This document shows positions 12,924-25,850 of a stretch of 64,000 bases of DNA, piece by piece. A program made the position numbers and the translations under genes. Positions within the stretch are counted from its first letter, which is position 1. Every line of letters starts with the position of its first letter. The notes below the pieces were generated by a model. That model was not told the origin of the DNA and did not search any database. It saw only the letters and a program-made list of their open reading frames with translations. The stretch comes from the human T2T-CHM13v2.0 reference genome, Homo sapiens, in NCBI RefSeq assembly GCF_009914755.1, contig NC_060928.1; one strand, given 5' to 3'.

Positions 12924-15900
12924 CAGAAAGAAGCATTCTCAGAAACTTCTTTGTGTTGTGTGTACTCATGTAACAGTGTTGAACCATCCTTTTGACAGAG
13001 CAGTTTTGAAACACTCTTTTTGTAGAATCTGCAAGTGGATATTTGGATAGCTTTGAGGATTTCGTTGGAAACGGGATGACATATAATATCTAGAGAGAAG
13101 CATTCTCAGGAACTTCTTTGTGATGTTTGCATTCAAGTCACAGAATTGAACATTCCCTTTCATAGAGCAGGTTTGAAACACTCTTTCTCTGGTATCTGGA
13201 AGTGGGCATTTCAAGCGCTTTCAGGCCTATGGAGAGAAAGGAAATACCTTCAAATAAAAACTAGACAGAAGCATTCTCAGAAACTTATTTGTGATGTGTG
13301 TCCTCAACTAACAGAGTTGAACCTTTGTTTTGATACAGCATTTTGGAAACACTCCTTTTGTAGAATCTGCAGGTGGATATTTGGATAGCTTTGAAGATTT
13401 CGTTGGAAACCGGAATATCTTCATATAAAATCAAGACAGAAGCATTCTCGGAAACATCTCTGTGATGTTTGCATTCAACTCAGTAGAGTTGAACACTTCC
13501 TTTCATAGAGCAGGTTTGAAACACTCTTTCTGCACTACCTGGAAGCGGACATTTCGAGCGCTTTGAGGCCTATGGTGAAAAAGGAAATATCTTCTCATAA
13601 AAACCAGAAAGAAGCATTCTCAGAAACTTCTTTGTGTTGTGTGTACTCAAGTAACAGTGTTGAACCTTCCTTTTGACACAGCAGTTTTGAAACACTCTTT
13701 TGGTAGAATCTGCAAGTGGATATTTGGATAGATTTGAGGATTTCTTTGGAAACGGGTTATCTTCATATAAAATCAGACAGGAGCATTCTCAGAAACTTCT
13801 TTGTGCTGTATGTCCTCAATTCACAGAGCTGAACCTTTGTTTGGATACAGCATTTTGGAGACATTCCTTTAGTAGAATCTGCAAGTTGATATTTAGATAG
13901 CTTTGAAGATTTCGTTGGAAACGGGAATATCTTCATAGAAAATCTAGACGGAAGCATTCTCAGAAACTGCTTTGTGATGTTTGCATTCAAGTCACAGAGT
14001 TGAATATTCCCTTTTATAGAGTAGATTTGAAACACTCTTTCGGCACTACCTGGAAGTGGATATTTCGAGCTCTTTGAGGCCTATGGTTAAAAGGAAATAT
14101 CTTCCCATAAAAACTAGACAGAAGCCGTCTCAGAAACTTGTTTGTGATGTGTGTATTCAACTAACAGAGTTGAACATTTCTGTTACAGAGCAATTTTAAA
14201 ACACTCTTTTTGTGGAATCTGAAAGTGGATAATTGGATAGCTTTGTGGATTTCGTTGGAAACGGGATGACGTATAAAATCTAGAGAGAAGCATTCTCAGG
14301 AACTTCTTTCTGATGTTTGCATTCAAGTCACAGAATTGAACATTCCTTTTCATAGTGCAGGTTTGAAACACTCTTTCTGTAGTATCTGGAAGTGGACATT
14401 TCAAGCGCTTTCAGGCCTACGGGGAGAAAGGAAATATCTTCAAATAAAAACTAGACAGAAGCATTCTCAGAAACTTATTTGTGATGTGTGTCCTAAACGA
14501 ACACAGTTGAACCTTTGTTTTGATACAGCATTTTGGAAACACTCCTTTTGTAGGATCTGCACGTGGATATTTGGATAGATTTTAAGATTTCGTTGGAAAC
14601 GGGAGTTTCTTCATAGAAACTCAAGACAGATGCATTCTCCGAAACTTCTCTGTGATGTTTGCATTCCACTCATAGAGTTGAAAACTTCCTTTCATAGAGC
14701 AGGTTTGAAACACTCTTTTTGTAATATTTGGAAGTGGACATTTGCAGCGCTTTGAGGCCTATGGTGAAAAAGGAAATATCTTCTCATAAAAACCAGAAAA
14801 AAGCATTCTCAGACACTTCTTTTTGATGTGTGTACTCAAGTAACAGAGTTGAACCTTCCTTTTGACACAGCAGTTTTGAAACAATCTTTTTGTAGAATCT
14901 GCAAGTGGATATTTGGATAGCTTTGAGGATTTCGTTGGAAACGGGATATCTTCATATAAAATCTAGACAGAAGCATTCTCAGAAACTTCTTTGTGCTGTA
15001 TGTCCTCAATTAACAGAGTTGAACCATTGCTTGGATACAGCATTTTGGAAACATTCCTTCAGTAGAATCTGCAAGTTGATATTTAGATAGATTTGAAGAT
15101 TTCGTTGGAAACGGGAATATCTTCATAGAAAATCTAGATGGAAGCATTCTCAGAAACTGCTTTGTGATGTTTCCATTCAAGTCAGAGAGTTGAATATTCT
15201 CTTTTATAGAGCACGTTTGAAACACTCTTTCTGCACTATCTGGAAGTGGACATTTCGAGCGCTTTGAGGCCTATGGTGAAAAAGGAAATATCTTCCCATA
15301 AAAACTAGACAGAAGCATTCTCAGAAACTTGTTTGTGATGTGTGTATTCAACTAACAGAGTTGAACTTTTGTTTTTACAGAGCCGTTTTAAAACACTCTT
15401 TTTGTGGAATCAGAAAGTGGATATTCGGATGGCTCTGAGGATTTCGTTGGAAGCGGGATTACGTATAAAATCTAGAGAGAAGCATTCTCAGGAACTTCTT
15501 TGTGATGTTTGCATTGAAGTCACAGAATTGAACATTCACTTTGATAGAGCAGGTTTGAAACACTCATTCTGTAGTATCTGGAAGTGGACATTTCAAGCGC
15601 TTTCAGGCCTATGGTGAGAAAGGAAATATCTTCGAATAAAAACTAGACAGAAGCATCCTCAGAAACTTATTTGTGATGTGTGTCCTCAACTAACAGAGTT
15701 GAAACTTTGTTTTGATACAGCATTTTGGAAACACTCTTTTTGTAGAATCTGCAGGTGGATATTTGGATAGCTTAGAGGGATTCGTTGGAAAGGGGAAATC
15801 TTCATATAAAATCTAGACAGAAGCATTCTCAGAAACTTATTTGTGATGTGTGTCCTCAACTAACAGAGTTGAACCTTGGTTTTGATACAGCATTTTGGAA

Positions 15901-16154
15901 ACACTCCTTTTGTAGAATCTGCAGGTGGATATGTGGATAGCTCTGAAGATTTCGTTGGAAACGGGAATTTCTTCATATAAAATCAAACAGAAGCATTCTC
16001 AGAAACTTCTCAGTGATGTTTGCATTCAGCTCATGGAGTTGAACACTTCCTTTCATAGAGCCGGTTTGAAACACTCTTTCTGCACTACCTGGAAGAGGAC
16101 ATTTCGAGCGCTTTGAGTCCTATGGTGAAAAAGGAAATATCTTCTCATAAAAAC
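12924..16154 (+). repeat. HOR copy 5 (3231 bp; near-identical to copy 3 over most of its length)
   Basis: Same 1-bp deletion at ~13772 and same CENP-B box G>T at 13745 as copy 3. Confidence 0.93.
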
Positions 16155-19100
16155 CAGAAAGAAGCATTCTCAGAAACTTCTTTGTGTTGTGTGTACTCAT
16201 GTAACAGTGTTGAACCATCCTTTTGACAGAGCAGTTTTGAAACACTCTTTTTGTAGAATCTGCAAGTGGATATTTGGATAGCTTTGAGGATTTCGTTGGA
16301 AACGGGATGACATATAATATCTAGAGAGAAGCATTCTCAGGAACTTCTTTGTGATGTTTGCATTCAAGTCACAGAATTGAACATTCCCTTTCATAGAGCA
16401 GGTTTGAAACACTCTTTCTCTAGTATCTGGAAGTGGGCATTTCAAGCGCTTTCAGGCCTATGGAGAGAAAGGAAATACCTTCAAATAAAAACTAGACAGA
16501 AGCATTCTCAGAAACTTATTTGTGATGTGTGTCCTCAACTAACAGAGTTGAACCTTTGTTTTGATACAGCATTTTGGAAACACTCCTTTTGTAGAATCTG
16601 CAGGTGGATATTTGGATAGCTTTGAAGATTTCGTTGGAAACCGGAATATCTTCATATAAAATCAAGACAGAAGCATTCTCGGAAACATCTCTGTGATGTT
16701 TGCATTCAACTCAGTAGAGTTGAACACTTCCTTTCATAGAGCAGGTTTGAAACACTCTTTCTGCACTACCTGGAAGCGGACATTTCGAGCGCTTTGAGGC
16801 CTATGGTGAAAAAGGAAATATCTTCTCCTAAAAACCAGAAAGAAGCATTCTCAGAAACTTCTTTGTGTTGTGTGTACTCAAGTAACAGTGTTGAACCTTC
16901 CTTTTGACACAGCAGTTTTGAAACACTCTTTTGGTAGAATCTGCAAGTGGATATTTGGATAGCTTTGAGGATTTCGTTGGAAACGGGTTATCTTCATATA
17001 AAATCCAGACAGGAGCATTCTCAGAAACTTCTTTGTGCTGTATGTCCTCAATTCACAGAGCTGAACCTTTGTTTGGATACAGCATTTTGGAGACATTCCT
17101 TTAGTAGAATCTGCAAGTTGATATTTAGATAGCTTTGAAGATTTCGTTGGAAACGGGAATATCTTCATAGAAAATCTAGACGGAAGCATTCTCAGAAACT
17201 GCTTTGTGATGTTTGCATTCAAGTCACAGAGTTGAATATTCCCTTTTATAGAGTAGGTTTGAAACAATCTTTCGGCACTACCTGGAAGTGGATATTTCGA
17301 GCTCTTTGAGGCCTATGGTTAAAAGGAAATATCTTCCCATAAAAACTAGACAGAAGCCGTCTCAGAAACTTGTTTGTGATGTGTGTATTCAACTACCAGA
17401 GTTGAACATTTCTGTTACAGAGCAATTTTAAAACACTCTTTTTGTGGAATCTGAAAGTGGATAATTGGATAGCTTTGTGGATTTCGTTGGAAACGGGATG
17501 ACGTATAAAATCTAGAGAGAAGCATTCTCAGGAACTTCTTTCTGATGTTTGCATTCAAGTCACAGAATTGAACATTCCTTTTCATAGTGCAGGTTTGAAA
17601 CACTCTTTCTGTAGTATCTGGAAGTGGACATTTCAAGCGCTTTCAGGCCTACGGGGAGAAAGGAAATATCTTCAAATAAAAACTAGACAGAAGGATTCTC
17701 AGAAACTTATTTGTGATGTGTGTCCTAAACGAACACAGTTGAACCTTTGTTTTGATACAGCATTTTGGAAACACTCCTTTTGTAGGATCTGCAGGTAGAT
17801 ATTTGGATAGATTTTAAGATTTCGTTGGAAACGGGAGTTTCTTCATAGAAACTCAAGACAGATGCATTCTCAGAAACTTCTCTGTGATGTTTGCATTCCA
17901 CTCATAGAGTTGAAAACTTCCTTTCATAGAGCAGGTTTGAAACACTCTTTTTGTAATATTTGGAAGTGGACATTTGCAGCGCTTTGAGGCCTATGGTGAA
18001 AAAGGAAATATCTTCTCATAAAAACCAGAAACAAGCATTCTCAGAAACTTCTTTTTGATGTGTGTACTCAAGTAACAGAGTTGAACCTTCCTTTTGACAC
18101 AGCAGTTATGAAACAATCTTTTTGTAGAATCTGCAAGTGGATATTTGGATAGCTTTGAGGATTTCGTTGGAAACGGGATATCTTCATATAAAATCTAGAC
18201 AGAAGCATTCTCAGAAACTTCTTTGTGCTGTATGTCCTCAATTAACAGAGTTGAACCATTGCTTGGATACAGCATTTTGGAAACATTCCTTGAGTAGAAT
18301 CTGCAAGTTGATATTTAGATAGATTTGAAGATTTCGTTGGAAACGGGAATATCTCCATAGAAAATCTAGACGGAAGCATTCTCAGAAACTGCTTTGTGAT
18401 GTTTCCATTCAAGTCACAGAGTTGAATATTCCCTTTTATAGAGCACGTTTGAAACACTCTTTCTGCACTATCTGGAAGTGGACATTTCGAGCGCTTTGAG
18501 GCCTATGGTGAAAAAGGAATTATCTTCCCATAAAAACTAGACAGAAGCATTCTCAGAAACTTGTTTGTGATGTGTGTATTCAACTAACAGAGTTGAACTT
18601 TTGTTTTTACAGAGCCGTTTTAAAACACTCTTTTTGTGGAATCAGAAAGTGGATATTCGGATGGCTCTGAGGATTTCGTTGGAAGCGGGATTACGTATAA
18701 AATCTAGAGAGAAGCATTCTCAGGAACTTCTTTGTGATGTTTGCATTGAAGTCACAGAATTGAACATTCACTTTGATAGAGCAGGTTTGAAACACTCATT
18801 CTGTAGTATCTGGAAGTGGACATTTCAAGCGCTTTCAGGCCTATGGTGAGAAAGGAAATATCTTCGAATAAAAACTAGACAGAAGCATCCTCAGAAACTT
18901 ATTTGTGATGTGTGTCCTCAACTAACAGAGTTGAAACTTTGTTTTGATACAGCATTTTGGAAACACTCTTTTTGTAGAATCTGCAGGTGGATATTTGGAT
19001 AGCTTAGAGGGATTCGTTGGAAAGGGGATATCTTCATATAAAATCTAGACAGAAGCATTCTCAGAAACTTATTTGTGATGTGTGTCCTCAACTAACAGAG

Positions 19101-19386
19101 TTGAACCTTGGTTTCGATACAGCATTTTGGAAACACTCCTTTTGTAGAATCTGCAGGTGGATATGTGGATAGCTCTGAAGATTTCGTTGGAAACGGGAAT
19201 TTCTTCATATAAAATCAAACAGAAGCATTCTCAGAAACTTCTCAGTGATGTTTGCATTCAGCTCATGGAGTTGAACACTTCCTTTCATAGAGCCGGTTTG
19301 AAACACTCTTTCTGCACTACCTGGAAGAGGACATTTCGAGCGCTTTGAGTCCTATGGTGAAAAAGGAAATATCTTCTCATAAAAAC
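16155..19386 (+). repeat. HOR copy 6 (3232 bp)
   Basis: Marker ORFs at 16197 and 19429. Confidence 0.93.
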
Positions 19387-22300
19387 CAGAAAGAAGCATT
19401 CTCAGAAACTTCTTTGTGTTGTGTGTACTCATGTAACAGTGTTGAACCATCCTTTTGACAGAGCAGTTTTGAAACACTCTTTTTGTAGAATCTGCAAGTG
19501 GATATTTGGATAGCTTTGAGGATTTCGTTGGAAACGGGATGACATATAATATCTAGAGAGAAGCATTCTCAGGAACTTCTTTGTGATGTTTGCATTCAAG
19601 TCACAGAATTGAACATTCCCTTTCATAGAGCAGGTTTGAAACACTCTTTCTCTAGTATCTGGAAGTGGGCATTTCAAGCGCTTTCAGGCCTATGGAGAGA
19701 AAGGAAATACCTTCAAATAAAAACTAGACAGAAGCATTCTCAGAAACTTATTTGTGATGTGTGTCCTCAACTAACAGAGTTGAACCTTTGTTTTGATACA
19801 GCATTTTGGAAACACTCCTTTTGTAGAATCTGCAGGTGGATATTTGGATAGCTTTGAAGATTTCGTTGGAAACCGGAATATCTTCATATAAAATCAAGAC
19901 AGAAGCATTCTCGGAAACATCTCTGTGATGTTTGCATTCAACTCAGTAGAGTTGAACACTTCCTTTCATAGAGCAGGTTTGAAACACTCTTTCTGCACTA
20001 CCTGGAAGCGGACATTTCGAGCGCTTTGAGGCCTATGGTGAAAAAGGAAATATCTTCTCATAAAAACCAGAAAGAAGCATTCTCAGAAACTTCTTTGTGT
20101 TGTGTGTACTCATGTAACAGTGTTGAACCTTCCTTTTGACACAGCAGTTTTGAAACACTCTTTTGGTAGAATCTGCAAGTGGATATTTGGATAGCTTTGA
20201 GGATTTCGTTGGAAACGGGTTATCTTCATATAAAATCCAGACAGGAGCATTCTCAGAAACTTCTTTGTGCTGCATGTCCTCAATTCACAGAGCTGAACCT
20301 TTGTTTGGATACAGCATTTTGGAGACATTCCTTTAGTAGAATCTGCAAGTTGATATTTAGATAGCTTTGAAGATTTCGTTGGAAACGGGAATATCTTCAT
20401 AGAAAATCTAGACGGAAGCATTCTCAGAAACTGCTTTGTGATGTTTGCATTCAAGTCACAGAGTTGAATATTCCCTTTTATAGAGTAGGTTTGAAACACT
20501 CTTTCGGCACTACCTGGAAGTGGATATTTCGAGCTCTTTGAGGCCTATGGTGAAAAGGAAATATCTTCCCATAAAAACTAGACAGAAGCCGTCTCAGAAA
20601 CTTGTTTGTGATGTGTGTATTCAACTAACAGAGTTGAACATTTCTGTTACAGAGCAATTTTAAAACACTCTTTTTGTGGAATCTGAAAGTGGATAATTGG
20701 ATAGCTTTGTGGATTTCGTTGGAAACGGGATGACGTATAAAATCTAGAGAGAAGCATTCTCAGGAACTTCTTTCTGATGTTTGCATTCAAGTCACAGAAT
20801 TGAACATTCCTTTTCATAGTGCAGGTTTGAAACACTCTTTCTGTAGTATCTGGAAGTGGACATTTCAAGCGCTTTCAGGCCTACGGGGAGAAAGGAAATA
20901 TCTTCAAATAAAAACTAGACAGAAGCATTCTCAGAAACTTATTTGTGATGTGTGTCCTAAACGAACACAGTTGAACCTTTGTTTTGATACAGCATTTTGG
21001 AAACACTCCTTTTGTAGGATCTGCAGGTGGATATTTGGATAGATTTTAAGATTTCGTTGGAAACGGGAGTTTCTTCATAGAAACTCAAGACAGATGCATT
21101 CTCCGAAACTTCTCTGTGATGTTTGCATTCCACTCATAGAGTTGAAGACTTCCTTTCATAGAGCAGGTTTGAAACACTCTTTTTGTAATATTTGGAAGTG
21201 GACATTTGCAGCGCTTTGAGGCCTGTGGTGAAAAAGGAAATATCTTCTCATAAAAACCAGAAACAAGCATTCTCAGAAACTTCTTTTTGATGTGTGTACT
21301 CAAGTAACAGAGTTGAACCTTCCTTTTGACACAGCAGTTTTGAAACAATCTTTTTGTAGAATCTGCAAGTGGATATTTGGATAGCTTTGAGGATTTCATT
21401 GGAAACGGGATATCTTCATATAAAATCTAGACAGAAGCATTCTCAGAAACTTCTTTGTGCTGTATGTCCTCAATTAACAGAGTTGAACCATTGCTTGGAT
21501 ACAGCATTTTGGAAACATTCCTTGAGTAGAATCTGCAAGTTGATATTTAGATAGATTTGAAGATTTCGTTGGAAACGGGAATATCTTCATAGAAAATCTA
21601 GACGGAAGCATTCTCAGAAACTGCTTTGTGATGTTTCCATTCAAGTCAGAGAGTTGAATATTCTCTTTTATAGAGCACGTTTGAAACACTCTTTCTGCAC
21701 TATCTGGAAGTGGACATTTCGAGCGCTTTGAGGCCTATGGTGAAAAAGGAAATATCTTCCCATGAAAACTAGACAGAAGCATTCTCAGAAACTTGTTTGT
21801 GATGTGTGTATTCAACTAACAGAGTTGAACTTTTGTTTTTACAGAGCCGTTTTAAAACACTCTTTTTGTGGAATCAGAAAGTGGATATTCGGATGGCTCT
21901 GAGGATTTCGTTGGAAGCGGGATTACATATAAAATCTAGAGAGAAGCATTCTCAGGAACTTCTTTGTGATGTTTGCATTGAAGTCACAGAATTGAACATT
22001 CACTTTGATAGAGCAGGTTTGAAACACTCATTCTGTAGTATCTGGAAGTGGACATTTCAAGCGCTTTCAGGCCTATGGTGAGAAAGGAAATATCTTCGAA
22101 TAAAAACTACGCAGAAGCATCCTCAGAAACTTATTTGTGATGTGTGTCCTCAACTAACAGAGTTGAAACTTTGTTTTGATGCAGCATTTTGGAAACACTC
22201 TTTTTGTAGAATCTGCAGGTGGATATTTGGATAGCTTAGAGGGATTCGTTGGAAAGGGGATATCTTCATATAAAATCTAGACAGAAGCATTCTCAGAAAC

Positions 22301-22618
22301 TTATTTGTGATGTGTGTCCTCAACTAACAGAGTTGAACCTTGGTTTTGATACAGCATTTTGGAAACACTCCTTTTGTAGAATCTGCAGGTGGATATGTGG
22401 ATAGCTCTGAAGATTTCGTTGGAAACGGGAATTTCTTCATATAAAATCAAACAGAAGCATTCTCAGAAACTTCTCAGTGATGTTTGCATTCAGCTCATGG
22501 AGTTGAACACTTCCTTTCATAGAGCCGGTTTGAAACACTCTTTCTGCACTACCTGGAAGAGGACATTTCGAGCGCTTTGAGTCCTATGGTGAAAAAGGAA
22601 ATATCTTCTCATAAAAAC
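19387..22618 (+). repeat. HOR copy 7 (3232 bp)
   Basis: Marker ORFs at 19429 and 22661. Confidence 0.93.
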
Positions 22619-25600
22619 CAGAAAGAAGCATTCTCAGAAACTTCTTTGTGTTGTGTGTACTCATGTAACAGTGTTGAACCATCCTTTTGACAGAGCAGTT
22701 TTGAAACACTCTTTTTGTAGAATCTGCAAGTGGATATTTGGATAGCTTTGAGGATTTCGTTGGAAACGGGATGACATATAATATCTAGAGAGAAGCATTC
22801 TCAGGAACTTCTTTGTGATGTTTGCATTCAAGTCACAGAATTGAACATTCCCTTTCATAGAGCAGGTTTGAAACACTCTTTCTCTAGTATCTGGAAGTGG
22901 GCATTTCAAGCGCTTTCAGGCCTATGGAGAGAAAGGAAATACCTTCAAATAAAAACTAGACAGAAGCATTCTCAGAAACTTATTTGTGATGTGTGTCCTC
23001 AACTAACAGAGTTGAACCTTTGTTTTGATACAGCATTTTGGAAACACTCCTTTTGTAGAATCTGCAGGTGGATATTTGGATAGCTTTGAAGATTTCGTTG
23101 GAAACCGGAATATCTTCATATAAAATCAAGACAGAAGCATTCTCGGAAACATCTCTGTGATGTTTGCATTCAACTCAGTAGAGTTGAACACTTCCTTTCA
23201 TAGAGCAGGTTTGAAACACTCTTTCTGCACTACCTGGAAGCGGACATTTCGAGCGCTTTGAGGCCTATGGTGAAAAAGGAAATATCTTCTCATAAAAACC
23301 AGAAAGAAGCATTCTCAGAAACTTCTTTGTGTTGTGTGTACTCAAGTAACAGTGTTGAACCTTCCTTTTGACACAGCAGTTTTGAAACACTCTTTTGGTA
23401 GAATCTGCAAGTGGATATTTGGATAGCTTTGAGGATTTCGTTGGAAACGGGTTATCTTCATATAAAATCCAGACAGGAGCATTCTCAGAAACTTCTTTGT
23501 GCTGTATGTCCTCAATTCACAGAGCTGAACCTTTGTTTGGATACAGCATTTTGGAGACATTCCTTTAGTAGAATCTGCAAGTTGATATTTAGATAGCTTT
23601 GAAGATTTCGTTGGAAACGGGAATATCTTCATAGAAAATCTAGACGGAAGCATTCTCAGAAACTGCTTTGTGATGTTTGCATTCAAGTCACAGAGTTGAA
23701 TATTCCCTTTTATAGAGTAGGTTTGAAACACTCTTTCGGCACTACCTGGAAGTGGATATTTCGAGCTCTTTGAGGCCTATGGTTAAAAGGAAATATCTTC
23801 CCATAAAAACTAGACAGAAGCCGTCTCAGAAACTTGTTTGTGATGTGTGTATTCAACTAACAGAGTTGAACATTTCTGTTACAGAGCAATTTTAAAACAC
23901 TCTTTTTGTGGAATCTGAAAGTGGATAATTGGATAGCTTTGTGGATTTCGTTGGAAACGGGATGACGTATAAAATCTAGAGAGAAGCATTCTCAGGAACT
24001 TCTTTCTGATGTTTGCATTCAAGTCACAGAATTGAACATTCCTTTTCATAGTGCAGGTTTGAAACACTCTTTCTGTAGTATCTGGAAGTGGACATTTCAA
24101 GCGCTTTCAGGCCTACGGGGAGAAAGGAAATATCTTCAAATAAAAACTAGACAGAAGCATTCTCAGAAACTTATTTGTGATGTGTGTCCTAAACGAACAC
24201 AGTTGAACCTTTGTTTTGATACAGCATTTTGGAAACACTCCTTTTGTAGGATCTGCAGGTGGATATTTGGATAGATTTTAAGATTTCGTTGGAAACGGGA
24301 ATTTCTTCATAGAAACTCAAGACAGATGCATTCTCCGAAACTTCTCTGTGATGTTTGCATTCCACTCATAGAGTTGAAAACTTCCTTTCATAGAGCAGGT
24401 TTGAAACACTCTTTTTGTAATATTTGGAAGTGGACATTTGCAGCGCTTTGAGGCCTATGGTGAAAAAGGAAATATCTTCTCATAAAAACCAGAAAAAAGC
24501 ATTCTCAGAAACTTCTTTTTGATGTGTGTACTCAAGTAACAGAGTTGAACCTTCCTTTTGACACAGCAGTTTTGAAACAATCTTTTTGTAGAATCTGCAA
24601 GTGGATATTTGGATAGCTTTGAGGATTTCGTTGGAAACGGGATATCTTCATATAAAATCTAGACAGAAGCATTCTCAGAAACTTCTTTGTGCTGTATGTC
24701 CTCAATTAACAGAGTTGAACCATTGCTTGGATACAGCATTTTGGAAACATTCCTTTAGTAGAATCTGCAAGTTGATATTTAGATAGATTTGAAGATTTCG
24801 TTGGAAACGGGAATATCTTCATAGAAAATCTAGACGGAAGCATTCTCAGAAACTGCTTTGTGATGTTTCCATTCAAGTCAGAGAGTTGAATATTCTCTTT
24901 TATAGAGCACGTTTGAAACACTCTTTCTGCACTATCTGGAAGTGGACATTTCGAGCGCTTTGAGGCCTATGGTGAAAAAGGAAATATCTTCCCATAAAAA
25001 CTAGACAGAAGCATTCTCAGAAACTTGTTTGTGATGTGTGTATTCAACTAACAGAGTTGAACTTTTGTTTTTACAGAGCCGTTTTAAAACACTCTTTTTG
25101 TGGAATCAGAAAGTGGATATTCGGATGACTCTGAGGATTTCGTTGGAAGCGGGATTACATATAAAATCTAGAGAGAAGCATTCTCAGGAACTTCTTTGTG
25201 ATGTTTGCATTGAAGTCACAGAATTGAACATTCACTTTGATAGAGCAGGTTTGAAACACTCATTCTGTAGTATCTGGAAGTGGACATTTCAAGCGCTTTC
25301 AGGCCTATGGTGAGAAAGGAAATATCTTCGAATAAAAACTAGACAGAAGCATCCTCAGAAACTTATTTGTGATGTGTGTCCTCAACTAACAGAGTTGAAA
25401 CTTTGTTTTGATACAGCATTTTGGAAACACTCTTTTTGTAGAATCTGCAGGTGGATATTTGGATAGCTTAGAGGGATTCGTTGGAAAGGGGATATCTTCA
25501 TATAAAATCTAGACAGAAGCATTCTCAGAAACTTATTTGTGATGTGTGTCCTCAACTAACAGAGTTGAACCTTGGTTTTGATACAGCATTTTGGAAACAC

Positions 25601-25850
25601 TCCTTTTGTAGAATCTGCAGGTGGATATGTGGATAGCTCTGAAGATTTCGTTGGAAACGGGAATTTCTTCATATAAAATCAAACAGAAGCATTCTCAGAA
25701 ACTTCTCAGTGATGTTTGCATTCAGCTCATGGAGTTGAACACTTCCTTTCATAGAGCCGGTTTGAAACACTCTTTCTGCACTACCTGGAAGAGGACATTT
25801 CGAGCGCTTTGAGTCCTATGGTGAAAAAGGAAATATCTTCTCATAAAAAC
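22619..25850 (+). repeat. HOR copy 8 (3232 bp)
   Basis: Marker ORFs at 22661 and 25893. Confidence 0.93.

Larger units (their letters stand above)
2812..15732 (+). repeat. Tandem duplication of a two-HOR (6461-bp) unit
   Basis: Private variants recur at +6461 (or +6460/6461): 2812/9273, 4807/11268, 5491/11952, 6730/13191, 7284/13745, 8599/15060, 8678/15139. The left boundary lies between 2542 and 2812. Confidence 0.88.
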
